Positions 9,823 through 22,849 of a stretch of 50,947 bases of DNA are shown here, piece after piece; positions within the stretch are counted from its first letter, which is position 1; each line of letters opens with the position of its first letter. This DNA comes from Chiloscyllium plagiosum (lineage: Eukaryota), in NCBI RefSeq assembly GCF_004010195.1, contig NC_057719.1, positions 94,417,468 through 94,468,414 on the forward strand. The letters run 5' to 3'. Both the position numbers and the translations under genes were made by a program. Below the pieces are notes generated by a model that made no database searches, was not told the DNA's origin, and saw only the letters and a program-made list of their open reading frames with translations.

Positions 9823-12360
9823 CAATCTATTCCCTCTTTATCAAATCAGTTACCACTGTAGCCATTCCATCCTTCTTCTATCCACCTTCACAATGGAGTG
9901 ACTTGTGAAGCTATAAACTTGGCTCTTACTGCATTACTGTGACAAAACATTGCCCTCACCAGTAACTAAAATATAAACCTGTTTATTGAGTGAAAGAGAT
10001 GTGGGAGGATCTCCTTTGCCACCTGCCTCATCTTCCTTGAGAGCTCAGGAGCCACCAATTCCCTCTCCGCTTACATGCTCTACATTTGTCATGTGACCAC
10101 TTTATTCTGCATGTACTCTATGCATTTCTCAGCTTTGTGGATGCACCACAGTGACTCTTACTTCACTTATGTTTCTGCAGCTTGAGACACTTTCTGCATA
10201 TATCTAGGCCGCATGAATTCTCCCAAAATGAATGTTCTACACAGCTGGGTTATCTTGCCATGTCTGAAGTTTACTGATTATTTACTTTCAGACTATTTAT
10301 TTAAAATGGGTGATGAGAATGTAGAAAATAAAACTTCCAGTGAATAAAACTCTTTCAAACAGACAGATACTCTAGATTTTTAGCTTATGAATTTGCTATG
10401 ATGTCACTGCTGAAATTTTCTTCATACTCAGCACTTCACACTCTTGCTCCCAAAAAAGTGCATATCTTGAATCATTTGCTCTGGTTGTACCTTCTTTTGT
10501 ATCCACAGTGCAACAGCTCACAGGTCTGCCCTTTGCTGTTTCTGTTTATATGCTGTTTGTCACTGATGTATATCCTTGAAGACTAGCCATCCACCTGAAA
10601 TATATAACACTGTGCTACTCATCTGATAAATAGAACTTATTCAGTTTACTGATCCTATGTATTTTACAGGTGTATTTGTATAAAAGAAGTTAGAAAAGAA
10701 ACAGTGATGTCAACAAACAGCTATGCAATTAATGGAATAGATGTTTCTGCACTCTCATTAATGCAGGCCAACTGTTTTTCATATTTGTAATCGGTTTGAG
10801 CTCAAATAATTGAACTGCCTTACAGTTCTACATATCTATCCTTTATTAATATGTATGTGTCCTCCATTAATTCCTATGATTATCACAGATTACTAGGTTC
10901 AGATTTGATTCCACTATTATATTCAGTTATTATAAGGAATAGCCAAATCTCAACTACTTTGAAGTTTTTAAGTCATAAAAATATTGACATTCATGTTCTT
11001 ATTAGCAGAGAGTGCAATCAAATTAAGTACATATACTATATTGCACTTATTGGAAATTTACAGTAAAAACAGAAAATGCTGGAAAAACTCACCGCATCCA
11101 GTGATATTGGAAAGAAGGAATCAATTTTATAAGTATTCATCTAGAATCAAACTTCAAAAAGAAGGATTCATTTAGTCACTAGATCTTAGAACAATGATCT
11201 CAGATAAAACAACTCCCATTTTGTGGCATTTCACTTGAACAGATTGGGTAACATGTTGTAACTTCCTGTGGCACCCTGAAGACAACTGCAAACTTGAAGT
11301 GTGTCTGCATCACACTTGGTCCATGAAGGATGTGGCAACTGAGATGGAAAGAGAGCATTCCCTGGTTGTATCCAACAAGGTCAAAGACACAAGACAAATA
11401 ATTAACACACTTCTGTAGTCAGGGTTGTATCTATTTATTGCTTAATTGTTACATTGCATAATCCATTTTGACATCATAATCCATGAGGGCACTTAATGCT
11501 CCTTTTGATAACACAGTGGAGTACCGGAATATTATGGCAATGTTGCAGAATGAATATTATTCTCAATGATGGTCATTCTACTCTAGAAATTTCAAAGCAG
11601 ATGCTAGATGATCAATCATTTGTTTGGAGAGAAAATCCAAGATCTGTTATTTCTAAGCTGCTGCCTTGCACATAAACTTGTGGCAGTGATGCTGGCTCAC
11701 TGGCTTTAACTCAAGGTGGTGCAAAGCACATAAAGATCCAAGGAAAAACAAAAAATACAAATCTTCCATTTTGAACAAGTTTCTAGAAAATACACAGTGG
11801 TTTTCTTTCAACCAGCATCTCTATCATATAAAGACATCCTGAGGAACTTTGCAGGAATGTAACTGACAGGTCTCTGTGCAAAAACATATTTTAACATAAG
11901 CATTTAATCACTCGAGATTAAATTAAAACATCACCAGTGTAATATTCCATGGCATTGTTATTTTGAGTCCTTTTTTCTTAAATTATTGGTGAAGAAAATT
12001 ATTAGTTTATTTCCCCCAGTGAACAAGATAGGAGCAATCAGCATTTGCAATTGGTAGAATGATTATGAGGAGTTGACAAAAGTGTATTTTGCTAACAGCT
12101 GGAAGACAGAAGTAAGTTGGATAACTTTTTTAGACAAATTGGGCCAAATAATTGCCTTTTGTGCCGTAAAAATCCATGATTCCTTGATTGAATTATTGTG
12201 CAGGAGTTCAGACAGGAAACCTTCATTCCATTCAACTCTGAACTGAGAATTCTACTAGCTTATTCTATTACTTTGGTAAAATAGTTTTAATGTTTTCAAA
12301 AATTGTTTGAATAGTATTGGAATAAGGTAAAGCTGAGAGTTATAGGCCTTTGTGTCACCA

Positions 12361-12500
12361 AGGAGAAAGTGAGGTCTGCAGATGCTGGAGATCACCTTGA
12401 AGAAGGAGGCCATCTGTGTTGTACGTATTTTGAACTGGTCCTCCTGGGAGCAGATGTGGCGGAGACGAAGGAATTGGGAGAATAGCAGATGCGGCGGAGA
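12361..12500 (-). mobile_element. Penelope RT-thumb fragment fused directly to the family B terminal tail
   Basis: Minus ORF FSQFLRLRHICSQEDQFKIRTTQMASFFK (PLE SQFLRLRRICS motif) is followed immediately by gatctccagcatctgcagacctcactttctcct. Confidence 0.85.
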
Positions 12501-14778
12501 CCATAAAATCTTTGAATTTGTCAAACAGATTGCTTTGCTGTTTTAGAAAAGTTGATTATTTTAAGGTCTGATGATTTTGCTCTGTTGCTCCCAGCAAGTG
12601 ACTTACTGACCTGACAAGTAAATATGAATTTTGAATTAAAATTGATGTGATTTCTCTTCCCCTCCCTCCAGAAAAGTATTAAATTGTTCTTGCTGTTTTA
12701 AATAACTTCCAAGTAATGTAGATATATAGTAGTATTGTTATTAGCTACATTTTGTTTTTTCTTTCCAGAATATTACACTGTTTGGCTAAAAATTCCAAAA
12801 GGAAGTTGAATGTGAATATTCCATTGTGAAAGTAATTCCTTCAATGTGAGACTTCCTCACAGTGATAACCACAATTGTTTCTTTATATTTCTATTCAACA
12901 TTTAATCTAATAGTGTTTCATTTATAATTAAAAAGATTCCGTATTAATAGCTCTTCTGAAATCTAATTGATTTCTTAAAACCAAAATGGGTACCTGATAG
13001 CGGTACACAATGTTAAGCAGTAACTCCTTTCTTCTTTCTCTTCTGTTTGTGTTGGGTGGGGAGGAGGGAGTATAGACAAGTAAAATAAAACTACTCTCTC
13101 TTGCTGTTTCAAACAAAAATGATGCTAAGGCGAAAGTTACTGATTATAGTAATGATTGAATTGAAAAATATTGGTGAGGCCAGTGAGTTGAAACACAATA
13201 TAGTGGATATGTTATTTTAATTCTTAAGATATTTTCAAACTTTAAATTTCAGCTATGTATTTATAATCTGCCATTTTCTTCCTTTTCTTGAAAACAAAAT
13301 GGAGTGAGAACAAGGCACCCATAGAAAACAGAGAACAGCAGGTAAAGAATGACTTCTGTTGCCTCTGGCCAATGTTTATTTCTAGGTGAATTTCTTTGAG
13401 GACTGCCATCAGTCCTTTGCTTTCTCGGGACATGAAATGGAAAATTTGAAATAAAAAATCTCAAGCATGCAACAAAGTCTTTATGATCTTGTTTAGATTT
13501 TGGTGGAAAGTTGGAAAACTGACAGTGTTTAGAAATATAACTTATTTTTCATTTTGCTTAAATATTTAACCTGTTAGTTGGAAGCTAATTTTGTTTCCAT
13601 TCACCATTATCAATATAATTAATATAAATGACTGACAAAACAAACACTTAAATTTCCACATTTTCCTGATTTTTGATCAGGACACTGTTGAAAGTAAAGA
13701 TTCAGTATCAAAAGCACATGGATTCTATCGACTGACTGCAGTATATAACCAAGGTCCTTTGGAGAGTAGTGATTATCATAATATTTGTGAAATGCTGCTT
13801 TCAGAATTGTTTGAAATTACAAATGACTCACTATATTATTGTGACTATCTAGTTAATGTTTCATATTAATATTTTAGAGATAATGTTTAGTTCTGATAGA
13901 TTATTCTTGCAAAGGTAATTAAAAGACTTTGCAAAAAGAAAAAAAATAAAGAAGGCAGGTTTACAGTTGAGGTTGATGCCTCATGTGTGATGTTATGAAA
14001 TGAGTTAATTTGTATAATTGATTGCAAATGCATATAAAGTTGGTGTTGCTAGGATGAAAGAAAGATTGATTTTATGCTGTGTTCGCTTGTGCTTAATTGT
14101 GTTTCCACCAAAGGTCAAATTACCTCATGACAGACTTCTCTGTTTATGTCTTCCAATGTAATTTTTCCTCCATATGTTAGGATCCAGCTTGCCAGCTGAA
14201 ATTAGATTTCAGATTGTCTTTATCTCTAAGTTTGGTAATGTCTTTGGCACCTCCAGGTGAACCACATGATTGATTCAATAAAGAACGTTGGTGTTGGAAA
14301 TTTTAGCTTAGGACCTGTAGTTGTGTATAGATCCCAGCTAAATGGATACTGGGATGCTTCTAGTTGCTATAGTATTAAGTATAGATAAATGTTTATAGAT
14401 TAAAATACCATGTTGCTAAATTAATAGTACTTGTTTTGTATAATTCTTTTATAGATACAAAAGTTTCTTCTGTTTTAGAAAAAAGAGTGAGATCTTGTAG
14501 TGAAGTTCTATTAGCTAAAATTAAGTATTCAGATTTTATTTTAAAATGTTACCATTCCTAACCAGATTGTAACAGTATGCTTATTAAGATTACTCTACTG
14601 AGGTCAGCATCCCATCACCAATCACCCTGTATTCACAAATGCAGTCTTTGACAATAGCACTTCTCTCACTGAGTCAGGCATTCAAGGGCTCCACATCCCT
14701 GACATACCCCCTTTTATGTGAGCCAGGGCTCTCTGATTGGGCTCTTAATCTGGCCTCATCAGGGAACTCCAATGAGGT

Positions 14779-15366
14779 TGTAAAAACACATTCTAAAAAA
14801 GTCTGGGCTTGGATGGGTTTAAGGGCCAATTTGATTGTAGTTAACAGATACTGCATCAGGAAAAAGGCTTTCAAGTTTTTGAAAAAAAACCTTGTAGAAT
14901 GAAAGGGGTGTGGCCAGTTCTCCCAGCTTTCACTCTGATTTGATTTGGTTTTTTGCAGTTTGAAAACAGTCAAGCTGTTGGAAAAGCTGCTGGACCCAAA
15001 AAAACAGGTCCAGGCTGATCCTCTTCTCTCTCTGACATCTCTCCTGTAAGACTCTGAGTTTGATTTTACCTTCTGTGCCAAGGGGTATTTGTGGGGATTG
15101 TTGCAAGTATTTGGAAAAGCACCATTAAGTTGGAATAATCTTTTGTGTTTTTGGATCAGTTAAGTTATTCAGTATGATGTTCTATTTTGTTTTGTTTCAT
15201 TCGATAATCTTGCAAATAAATTCTGTTTTGTTTAAAACTACGTGGTTTGACCAACTGCATCCCTCCCGGAATATGTGCATCACATATGCTTGAAACAACG
15301 ATCAAAGTTAGGGTCTGGGCTACTTTCTTGAAATGTTTTGAGGGGGGTCTGGCCTGTTCCATAATA
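14779..15366 (+). mobile_element. Solo LTR related to the Gmr1-like LTR at 31460-32398
   Basis: Starts tgtaa; AATAAA near 15215; the last ~150 bp (aaagttagggtctgggctactttcttgaaatgttttgagggggtctggcctgttccataata) align with the reverse complement of 31460-31610. Confidence 0.75.
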
Positions 15367-15849
15367 CCATGCACCTACATGTTCACATTTTCCATCCGGT
15401 CATTGTTTTGATGAATAAACAAAATGAAAAGTAGATGGAATCCTGAAATTATATATACTTTGATTTCTTGTAGGTAACTATATATCAGCCAAGAAGGAAG
15501 CACTGCTTGATGTATTTATTGATTATGGAATAGAGCAATTTCATGCAATAGAGGAACAGATGGTGAACAGTGGCCATGGTATAATGAGAGGCAACTGAAC
15601 CCCTCAAATCTCTTTTGCAATTCAGTTTGATCATGTCTGATCTTGTGTCACAATTCCTTTTGTGCACTTATGAATAGATCTTCGCTACAATTAAGTATAA
15701 GAATAGAAAAAGAGAAATAAAACAACTCAATATTTTGGAAACACTGAATAGGACAATCAATATCAGTAGGATATCAGATAAGTTAATGTTTCAAGTGTGG
15801 ATCCTCTATCAGAATTGTAGCAAATGTATCTGTTCTGAAAGGCATGCAG

Positions 15850-17670
15850 CCTGGTATTTACAGCAGGCAGGTGAGAAAATTACTGGGGCCTTGGAAAATT
15901 TTGCATCTTAAGTCACAGGAGAGGTTCCAGAGAACTGGAGAACAGCTAATGTTATTGCTTGTTTAAGAAGGGCATCAGGGATAATGCAGGAAACTACATG
16001 CTGATGAACCTCATGTGAGTGGTAGGGAAATTGTTCCATAAGATTCTTAGGGATAGGATTTACTCAATTTCATCAGAAAAATATGGAATTGTTAGCAAAA
16101 GGCTTTGTGCGGGGAAGGTTGTGGTCTCTCAAACTTTATTCAGTTTTGTTGAGGAAGTGACAAAGATGATTGAGGTTAAAGCATTAGATTTTGTCTGTAT
16201 GGACTTTAGCAAGGCCTTTGACAAGGTCCCTTACAGCAGGCTGATACAAAAGGTGAAGTCACATGGGATCTGTGATGAGCTAGAAAGATGGATACAGAAC
16301 TGGCTTAGTCAAATAAGACAGAGTAGCAGTGGAAGGGTATTGTTCTCTCTGGAGATCAGTGACCAGTGGTGTGCCAGAGGGATCAGTGCTGGGACCCCTG
16401 TTGTTTGCAATATATGTATAAATGACTTGGAGGAGAGTGTAGGCGGTCTGATTAGTAAGTTTGTAGATGATGCAAAGATTGAGGAAACTGCAGATAGTAA
16501 GGAGAATTGCCAGAGGATACAGCAGGATGTAGTTAGGCTGGAGATTCTGGCAGAAAAATGCCAGATGAAAAATCTGGACAAATGCAAGGTGATATGTTTT
16601 GGAAGGTCGAATGCAGGAGGGAAGTATACAGTAAATGGCAGAACCCTTAGTAACAATGACATACAGAGGGATCTAGGTGTACAGGTTCACAGGTAACTAA
16701 AAGTGGCAACACAAGTGAATAAAGTGCTCAAGAAGGCATTTGCTTGCTTCATTGGTCGGGGCATACAGTATGAAAATTGATAAATCATGTTGCAGCTACA
16801 TAGAACTTCAGTTAGACCACATTTGGAATATTATGCACAGTTCTGGTTGCCACACTACCAGAAGGTGGCATGGTGGCACAGTGGTTAGCCTCACAGCACC
16901 AGACCCTGGGTTCAATTCCCGCCTCAGGTGACTGACTGTGTGGAGTTTGCATGTTCTCCCCGTGTCTGCGTGAGTTTCCTCCGGGTGCTCCGGTTTCGTC
17001 CCACAGTCCAAAAATGTGCAGATTAGGTGAATTGGCCATGCTAAATTGCCCGTAATGCATGCTAAATTGCCCGTAGTGTTAGTGAAGAGGTAAATGTAGG
17101 AGAGTGGGTCTGGGTGGATTGCGCTTCGGCGAGTCGATGTGGACTTGTTGGGCCGAAGGGCCTGTTTCCACGCTGTAAGTAATCTTAAAAAAAAGGCTAT
17201 GGAGGCTTTGAAGAGGATACACAAAAGGTTTACAGGATCTTGCCTGGTTTGGAGGAGAGATTGGACAATTTTGGGTTGCTTTCATTTGAATGTTGAAGGA
17301 TGAGGGGTGACCTGATGAAAGTTTACAAAATTGTGCGAGGTATGGACAGAGTGGATAGATGGAGTCTTTTTCTCAGGACAGAAAGATCAATTATGATGTG
17401 CATAGGTTTAAGGTAAAAGAGGGTAAGTTTAAAGGAGACATGAGAGGCATGTTTTTTTACGCAGAGGATGCTGAGTGCCTGGAATGCGCTGCCAAAGGTG
17501 ATGGTGGAGGTTGATACAACAGCAACATTTAAGAAGCTTCTTGACAGATGCATGAATATGGAAGGGAATAGAGGGATGTAGACCGTGTAGAGACAACATG
17601 TTTTTGATTAGAAAGGCATTATATGTTGGCACTGTCTTGGTGGACCAAAGGGCCTGTTCCTGTGCTGTAT
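15850..17670 (+). mobile_element. 5'-truncated CR1 LINE (RT to 3' tail), pseudogenised
   Basis: ORF 16019-16696 has MDFSKAFDKVP, INDL, SKFVDDAK, RDLGVQV; 3' tail ggaccaaagggcctgttcctgtgctgta; HE1 inserted. Confidence 0.9.
16864..17194 (+). mobile_element. HE1-type V-SINE nested in CR1
   Basis: Head, V-domain and tail present; internal duplication of catgctaaattgcccgta. Confidence 0.9.
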
Positions 17671-17825
17671 TTTTTTTTGTTCTTTATTTGTTTGTTTTTA
17701 CTTCAGATTTCCATTGACCTTGTTTGTCAGGAAAAAAACAAATTAAAGATGAAAGCATTTGACTGTGTGGAAAAAAAAGTCAGTGAGGTAAATGGGGACT
17801 TAGCTCAGCTTAAATGTGAGAAAAA

Positions 17826-18185
17826 TTGATTTAGATTTTAGAATTAGCATCCCTACAGTGTGGAAACAAGTCCTTTGGCCCAACAAGTCCACTCTGACCC
17901 TCCGAAGAGTAACCCACCCAGACACATTCCCCTACCCTCTATTTACTTCTGATTTATGCACTTAACCAACACGTCCCTGAACACTATGGGCCATTTAGCA
18001 TGGCCACTTCACCTAGCCTGCACATTTTTGGATTGTGGGAGGAAACCGGAGCACCCAGAGGCAACCCACGCAGACACAAGGAGAATGTGCAAACTCCCCA
18101 CAGTCAGTTGCCTGAGGCTGGAATCGAACCTGGGTCCCCGGCACTATGAGGTAGTAGTGCTAGCCACTGAGCCACTGTGCTGTCC
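17826..18185 (-). mobile_element. HE1-type V-SINE
   Basis: Homologous to 7063-7345 along its length. Confidence 0.85.
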
Positions 18186-18467
18186 TAAGAGTTTAGATCA
18201 GCAATGTGAAAAATGCCAGCAAGAAAGGATAGTGGGTCACAGTTATGAAATAAGGTTTGAGAAATTGAACTATTTTAATAGGATTTAAGAAACATAAAAG
18301 GTAACTATGGCAGAGGATTTCTGAATTGGCAAGAGCAAAGATTTCTTTCCACTGCTTGACACAATCATAATAGGATGGAATATATGAAAATTAATCACAA
18401 GATGAATTGAAGAGGAAGGGAGGAAAAAAAGATGGTGATTTAAATGTGAACTCCTAAAATCCTCAAA

Positions 18468-18645
18468 GTTAAAAATCACACAACACCGGGTTATAGTCCA
18501 ACAGGTGTGTTTGGAAGCACTAGCTTTCGGAGCACTGCTCCTTCATCAAGTGGCTGTGGAGTATAAGATCGTAAGACATAGAATTTAAAGCAAAAGTTTA
18601 CAGTGTGATGTAACTGAAGTTATATATTGAAAAAAGACCTGGATT
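18468..18645 (-). mobile_element. Penelope-like 3' terminal fragment, family C
   Basis: Homologous to 3925-4090; contains a hammerhead motif at 18518-18552. Confidence 0.7.
18518..18552 (-). ncRNA. Minimal hammerhead motif (family C; C3-to-U variant)
   Basis: Minus strand: cac-TTGATGA-a-[ggagc agt gctcc]-GAAA-gc-TA-gtg; stem I cac/gtg, palindromic AGCT helix III. Confidence 0.7.
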
Positions 18646-18680
18646 TAATGATCATAATGATCCTTCGGTTTAAACATCAC

Positions 18681-18765
18681 GATGAAGGGCTCTTGCCCGA
18701 AACATCGATTCTCCTGCTCCTTGAATGCTGCCTGACCTGCTGTGCTTTTCCAGCACCACACTCTT
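18681..18765 (+). mobile_element. Family B element truncated inside the hammerhead core
   Basis: gatgaagggctcttgcccgaaacatcgattctcctgctcc...ccagcaccacactct. Confidence 0.85.
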
Positions 18766-18844
18766 TATTCTAACATGCTGGCAGCTGTCTGCTGAATCTT
18801 AAGATAGCTGAAAACCCTGCTTGCTGTACTTGCATTGATGCTAA

Positions 18845-19190
18845 TCACGTGTCACCTGTGTGCTTGTTTAGCTCCATTGGCACTGGTTAAACAATGGCTC
18901 GATTTTAAAAATTCTCATCCTGCACTCTTCCAATTTAGGTTTCTAGCACACCCTTGATTTTAGTTGCTCTATTGTTGGATGTCCTTTCATTTGCCTGGGC
19001 CTTAAGATCTAAATATCCCTTCTAAATCTCGATGCATCTGTACCTCTTTTTCTTTCACCCTTGCCATCATTACCTCCTTGGAATGTAATTGCAGACCAAC
19101 CATTATTGTATTTGTCTGCAATTTTCCCTTCAATGTCTGTGCAATCATTTCATTGTCATGGGTAATCATGTTATAGACAGTTGAATTAAC
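18845..19190 (+). mobile_element. Ancient L2-like LINE 3' fragment
   Basis: Degenerate LHW..LDFKILIL..F.CLGLKI pattern typical of the L2 ORF2 C-terminus. Confidence 0.5.
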
Positions 19191-20562
19191 AGTATTATGG
19201 GAATTTCTGAAACATTGAATCAAATTAGGGTACCTTTGAAAATAATCAATATAATCCAATTTAGGAGTTTTGTCCCCATTTCCATTTCTGATCATTTATG
19301 CAAGTATTGGATAAAGGTTTGGGGAGCCAGCTTCTCAACTTTGTTGACTCCGTTGCTGGACTGGAGAGTTTTAATGGATTTGGGCATGTTTCCTTCACAG
19401 ATGTGATTCATAGCCTCTCAAAGACCCCTAGTCCAGAGTCGGCAAACAAATAAACACAGCCATTCATCACTCCTGTTTAAATATATTGTGCTCTTCTTAA
19501 GTTCTCAAAGTTGTCAATCAGTCACAGTCATTGATATAGTTTATTTCAAACCTCTTAATCTGTGTATGGGCATTCAGAAAATAAGCAGAAGTTTAGGTTA
19601 TCGAAAGATTTCAAGCTGTCAAGACATTAACTGCTGAGCTAAGTGGATTAATCATTGGTATTCAAACAGGCTTTCATAATGAGACGATACCAACAATTGT
19701 ATTAGCTGAAAGGGAAGGCAAGTTTTGTTGGATTGACATCGCTATTCTTCTAAGGTAGTCCCTTGAGAATGAAGAATACATCTTCCATTCTAGAATTATG
19801 GGTCCTCAGATGACTAAATTTCTACGTAGTCAGAGATGGGATACTTGATGTTTGATAAGGCAGCTATCATGTATTTTTGGGTTGTCTCATATTTCTGACA
19901 CTGTTTGCACTTGACCTCTACTTGAGCCTTAGAGATTCTCAAATTGGTTGGCACTTTTGTTGTATAATGGATAATGTATAACCGGCACCATAAATCCCTT
20001 GAAATATCACAAGTAATGTCACTGCAAAATTCTGCAAATCCAATGGCAGGAAAAGCACCCCAATAACAGTCTTCTCTCTGAGTCATAAAGCACAGCAGAG
20101 GCCTCAGGCAATGCATTCCAGATTCCCATCACACTCTGGGTGAAAACATTTCTCCTCAAATCCTGTTAAAACCTCCTGCCATCTGGGTCCTTCCTGTCTG
20201 TCTGCCTCTTCCCTTTCTTCTGCCTGATGGTCACTCATTTCAGTTCAGCCTGCAACCCCTCAGTCTATGGGGTTACGACCTGAGAAACCTTGTATTATTC
20301 ACAAAGGCTTCAATCTCACAGATGTACTTCTGTATCTCCAGCAGACACTCAAATTCCAAGATTTCCAAGATTTGATTCTCAAGCTGTTTGACCTAGTAGC
20401 TCTCCCGACAGATATGGCCACCCAGACTGCCAGAAATATCTAACAATTCCTGCATACTATGTGATAGTATAACACATGGCTTGAGTTCCACTGCCTTATT
20501 CAGTTTAATTTAAAGAATCTTATCTTTATGACTAGTGGAAAGAGCTGAGCACTCATCCTGTA

Positions 20563-20792
20563 GACAAAAGTGAGTACTGCAGATGCTGGAGATTAGAGTC
20601 AAGAGTGTGGTGCTGGAAACGCACAGCAGGTCAGGCAGCATCTGAGGAGCAGGAGAATCGATGTTTTGGACAAAAGCCCTTCATCAGGAATCTGGAATTT
20701 CCTGATGAAGGGCTTTTGCCTGAAATGTCAATTTTCCTGCTCCTTGGATGCTGCCTGAACTACTGTGCTTTTCTAGCACCACACTCTTGACT
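20563..20792. mobile_element. Fold-back family B element (older; arms diverged)
   Basis: Inverted arms around spacer tctggaat (about 20691-20698); TSD ctcatcctgta at 20552-20562 and 20793-20803. Confidence 0.9.
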
Positions 20793-20876
20793 CTCATCCT
20801 GTAAACCCTATCTGCAAAAAGCTAAGAAAAACACAAAAACAGAATTAAAATGGAATGAATCACAATTCCTACAGAT

Positions 20877-21450
20877 TGATTTATTTATTGTCACGTGTAC
20901 CAAAGTACAGTGAAAAGCTTTGTTTATGCACAGCACAGGAGGACCATTGTAAACAAGGACATACAAACCAAATAGCCTTAAACAGAGACATACAGGTCAC
21001 ATTGCACAGGGCATGTGCTAGGCGAGATTAACATTAGCAGGATCAGCATTTTTTGAGGTTAGAGGGTCCACTCATCTGGGAAGTCCCTGAACCTGCTGGT
21101 GCGTGTGTTTAGGCTTCTGCATCTTCTGCCTGGTGGAAGAGATTAGATCATTACCGGGGTGCAATGAGTCTTTGATATTGGCAGCCTTTCTGTATGCGAG
21201 CCATGGATGGAAAGTTCACCTCCGAGATGGTCTGGGCTGAGCACACCACCTTCTGTAGTTTCTTATAGTCCTGGGCAGAGCAGTCAACATAACAGACCAT
21301 TATGCTCAGGAACAGTATGCTTTCAGTGGTGCATCTGTAAGAAGTTGCTGAGAGCCCTTATGGACATGCTAGATTCCCTGTGCCTCCTGAGGAGGAAAAA
21401 GCATTGTTGTGCCGCCTTGATTGTTGCTTCTACATGAGAAGATCAGGACA
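20877..21450 (-). mobile_element. Rex1/Babar-like LINE 3' fragment
   Basis: Minus strand AQQCFFLLRRHRESSMSIRALSNF resembles Rex1 KAQQRLYFLRRLRKF; tail ...gtacacgtgacaataaataaatc. Confidence 0.65.
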
Positions 21451-21454
21451 GGTT

Positions 21455-21820
21455 GTTCAACCCCAGGGCATCAATATAGACTTCACCAGTTTCCTCATTT
21501 CCCCTCCCCTCCCCTTACCCTAGTTCCAACCTTCCAGCTCAGCACCATCCTCATGACCTGTCCAATCTGCCAATCTTCCTTCCCACCTATCCACTCTATT
21601 TTCCTCTCCAACCTATCACCTTTATCCTCACCTCCATCCATCTATTACACTCTTAGCTACCTTCTTCCCCAGCCCCACCCCCCCTCCCATTTATCTCTCC
21701 ACCCTGCAGGCTCTCAGCCTCATTCCTGATGAAGGGCTTTTGCCCGAAACATTGATTTTCCTGCTCCTTAGATGCTGCCTGACCTGCTGTGCTTTTCCAG
21801 CGCCACTCTAATCTTGACTT
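21455..21820 (+). mobile_element. Longer family B Penelope 3' end (ORF C-terminus, pyrimidine-rich UTR, hammerhead)
   Basis: QPQGINIDFTSF (PLE endonuclease C-terminal GxN motif), C/T-rich UTR, then core CTGATGA-a-gggc tttt gccc-GAAA-ca-TT at 21726-21753. Confidence 0.85.
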
Positions 21821-22849
21821 TAAATCGATACAGTCCATTTGGCGTTACAAAAGCCAAAATTGTCTTCGCTCTTTCTGATAGGGTTAATTGCCAGTATCCT
21901 CCGAGTAAGTCCACCTTCTCAACACAGTCTTCCAAATGTAGACTCGGACATGAATCAGACTTTGTAATTGTATTCATTTTGTGATAATCTACATATAATC
22001 GTTGGGTAATATCTCATTTTCGCACCATAGCTGGGTGAGCTGCAGTCACTGCAACTCACTTCAATTATGTTGTCTTGAGCATATGTTCAAACTGTTTTTG
22101 AATCCGTGCCAACTTTAGAAGGTTAAATCTATAAAGATGTTGCTTCATTGGAACAGTGCTTCCTACATCTACATTATGCACAATTTGTTTAGTACTTCCC
22201 AGTTTATTTTCACATATCTCTCCATGCGCAATAACTCTTTCAGCTCATTTTGATTTTCATCTGGAAGATAAATCAATAATTTATCCCAATTTTTGACAAC
22301 TTTTCCATTGTCTAATTTAGTTTGAGGACTGTCTAGTTTAGAATCGTTTGAACTTCATTCTTTACTCTATGTTGTAACCAGTAACATATTCTCCTTTTGC
22401 TTTCCTTCCGTGTCAAAATACCTTTCGAGCATATTCACATGACACACTGTGAGATTCCTTTCTGTCTGAAGTCCTTGTCATATAGTTCACCTCACTCAAT
22501 CTCCTTTCAACTTGAAAAGGCCCACTAAACCTTGCTTTTCAAGGTTCACCTAAGACTAGAAGTAACACTAACACATTATCTCCATTAAAAAAATTGCGAG
22601 ATTTTGTTTTTTTGTCTGCTTCTTGTTTCATCATATGCTATGGTATTTTTAAATGCTGCCTAGCCAAGTTCCCCATTCTACTTAACTGTTCCCTAAAATT
22701 TGACACACAACCCAAGTATGTGGTCTCTGAATTCTGACTCAAAAAATTTCTCTTAATCAATTTTAGTGGTCTTTTCACCTCATGCCCCAAAACTAATCCG
22801 AATGGACTGAATTTGGTTGATTCATTTGGTACATCGCAGCAATTACTGT

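Noticed and set aside
13300..14575. Possible old solo LTR ending ...gattgtaaca
   Set aside because: No confident 5' end, TSD or second copy in the window.
14779..15366. 3' LTR partner of the Gmr1-like element
   Set aside because: It is in the opposite orientation and clearly similar only over the last ~150 bp; treated as an independent solo LTR.
16019..16696. 225-aa RT ORF as a functional or domesticated gene
   Set aside because: It drifts out of frame internally, flanking frames have stops, and an HE1 SINE interrupts the element.
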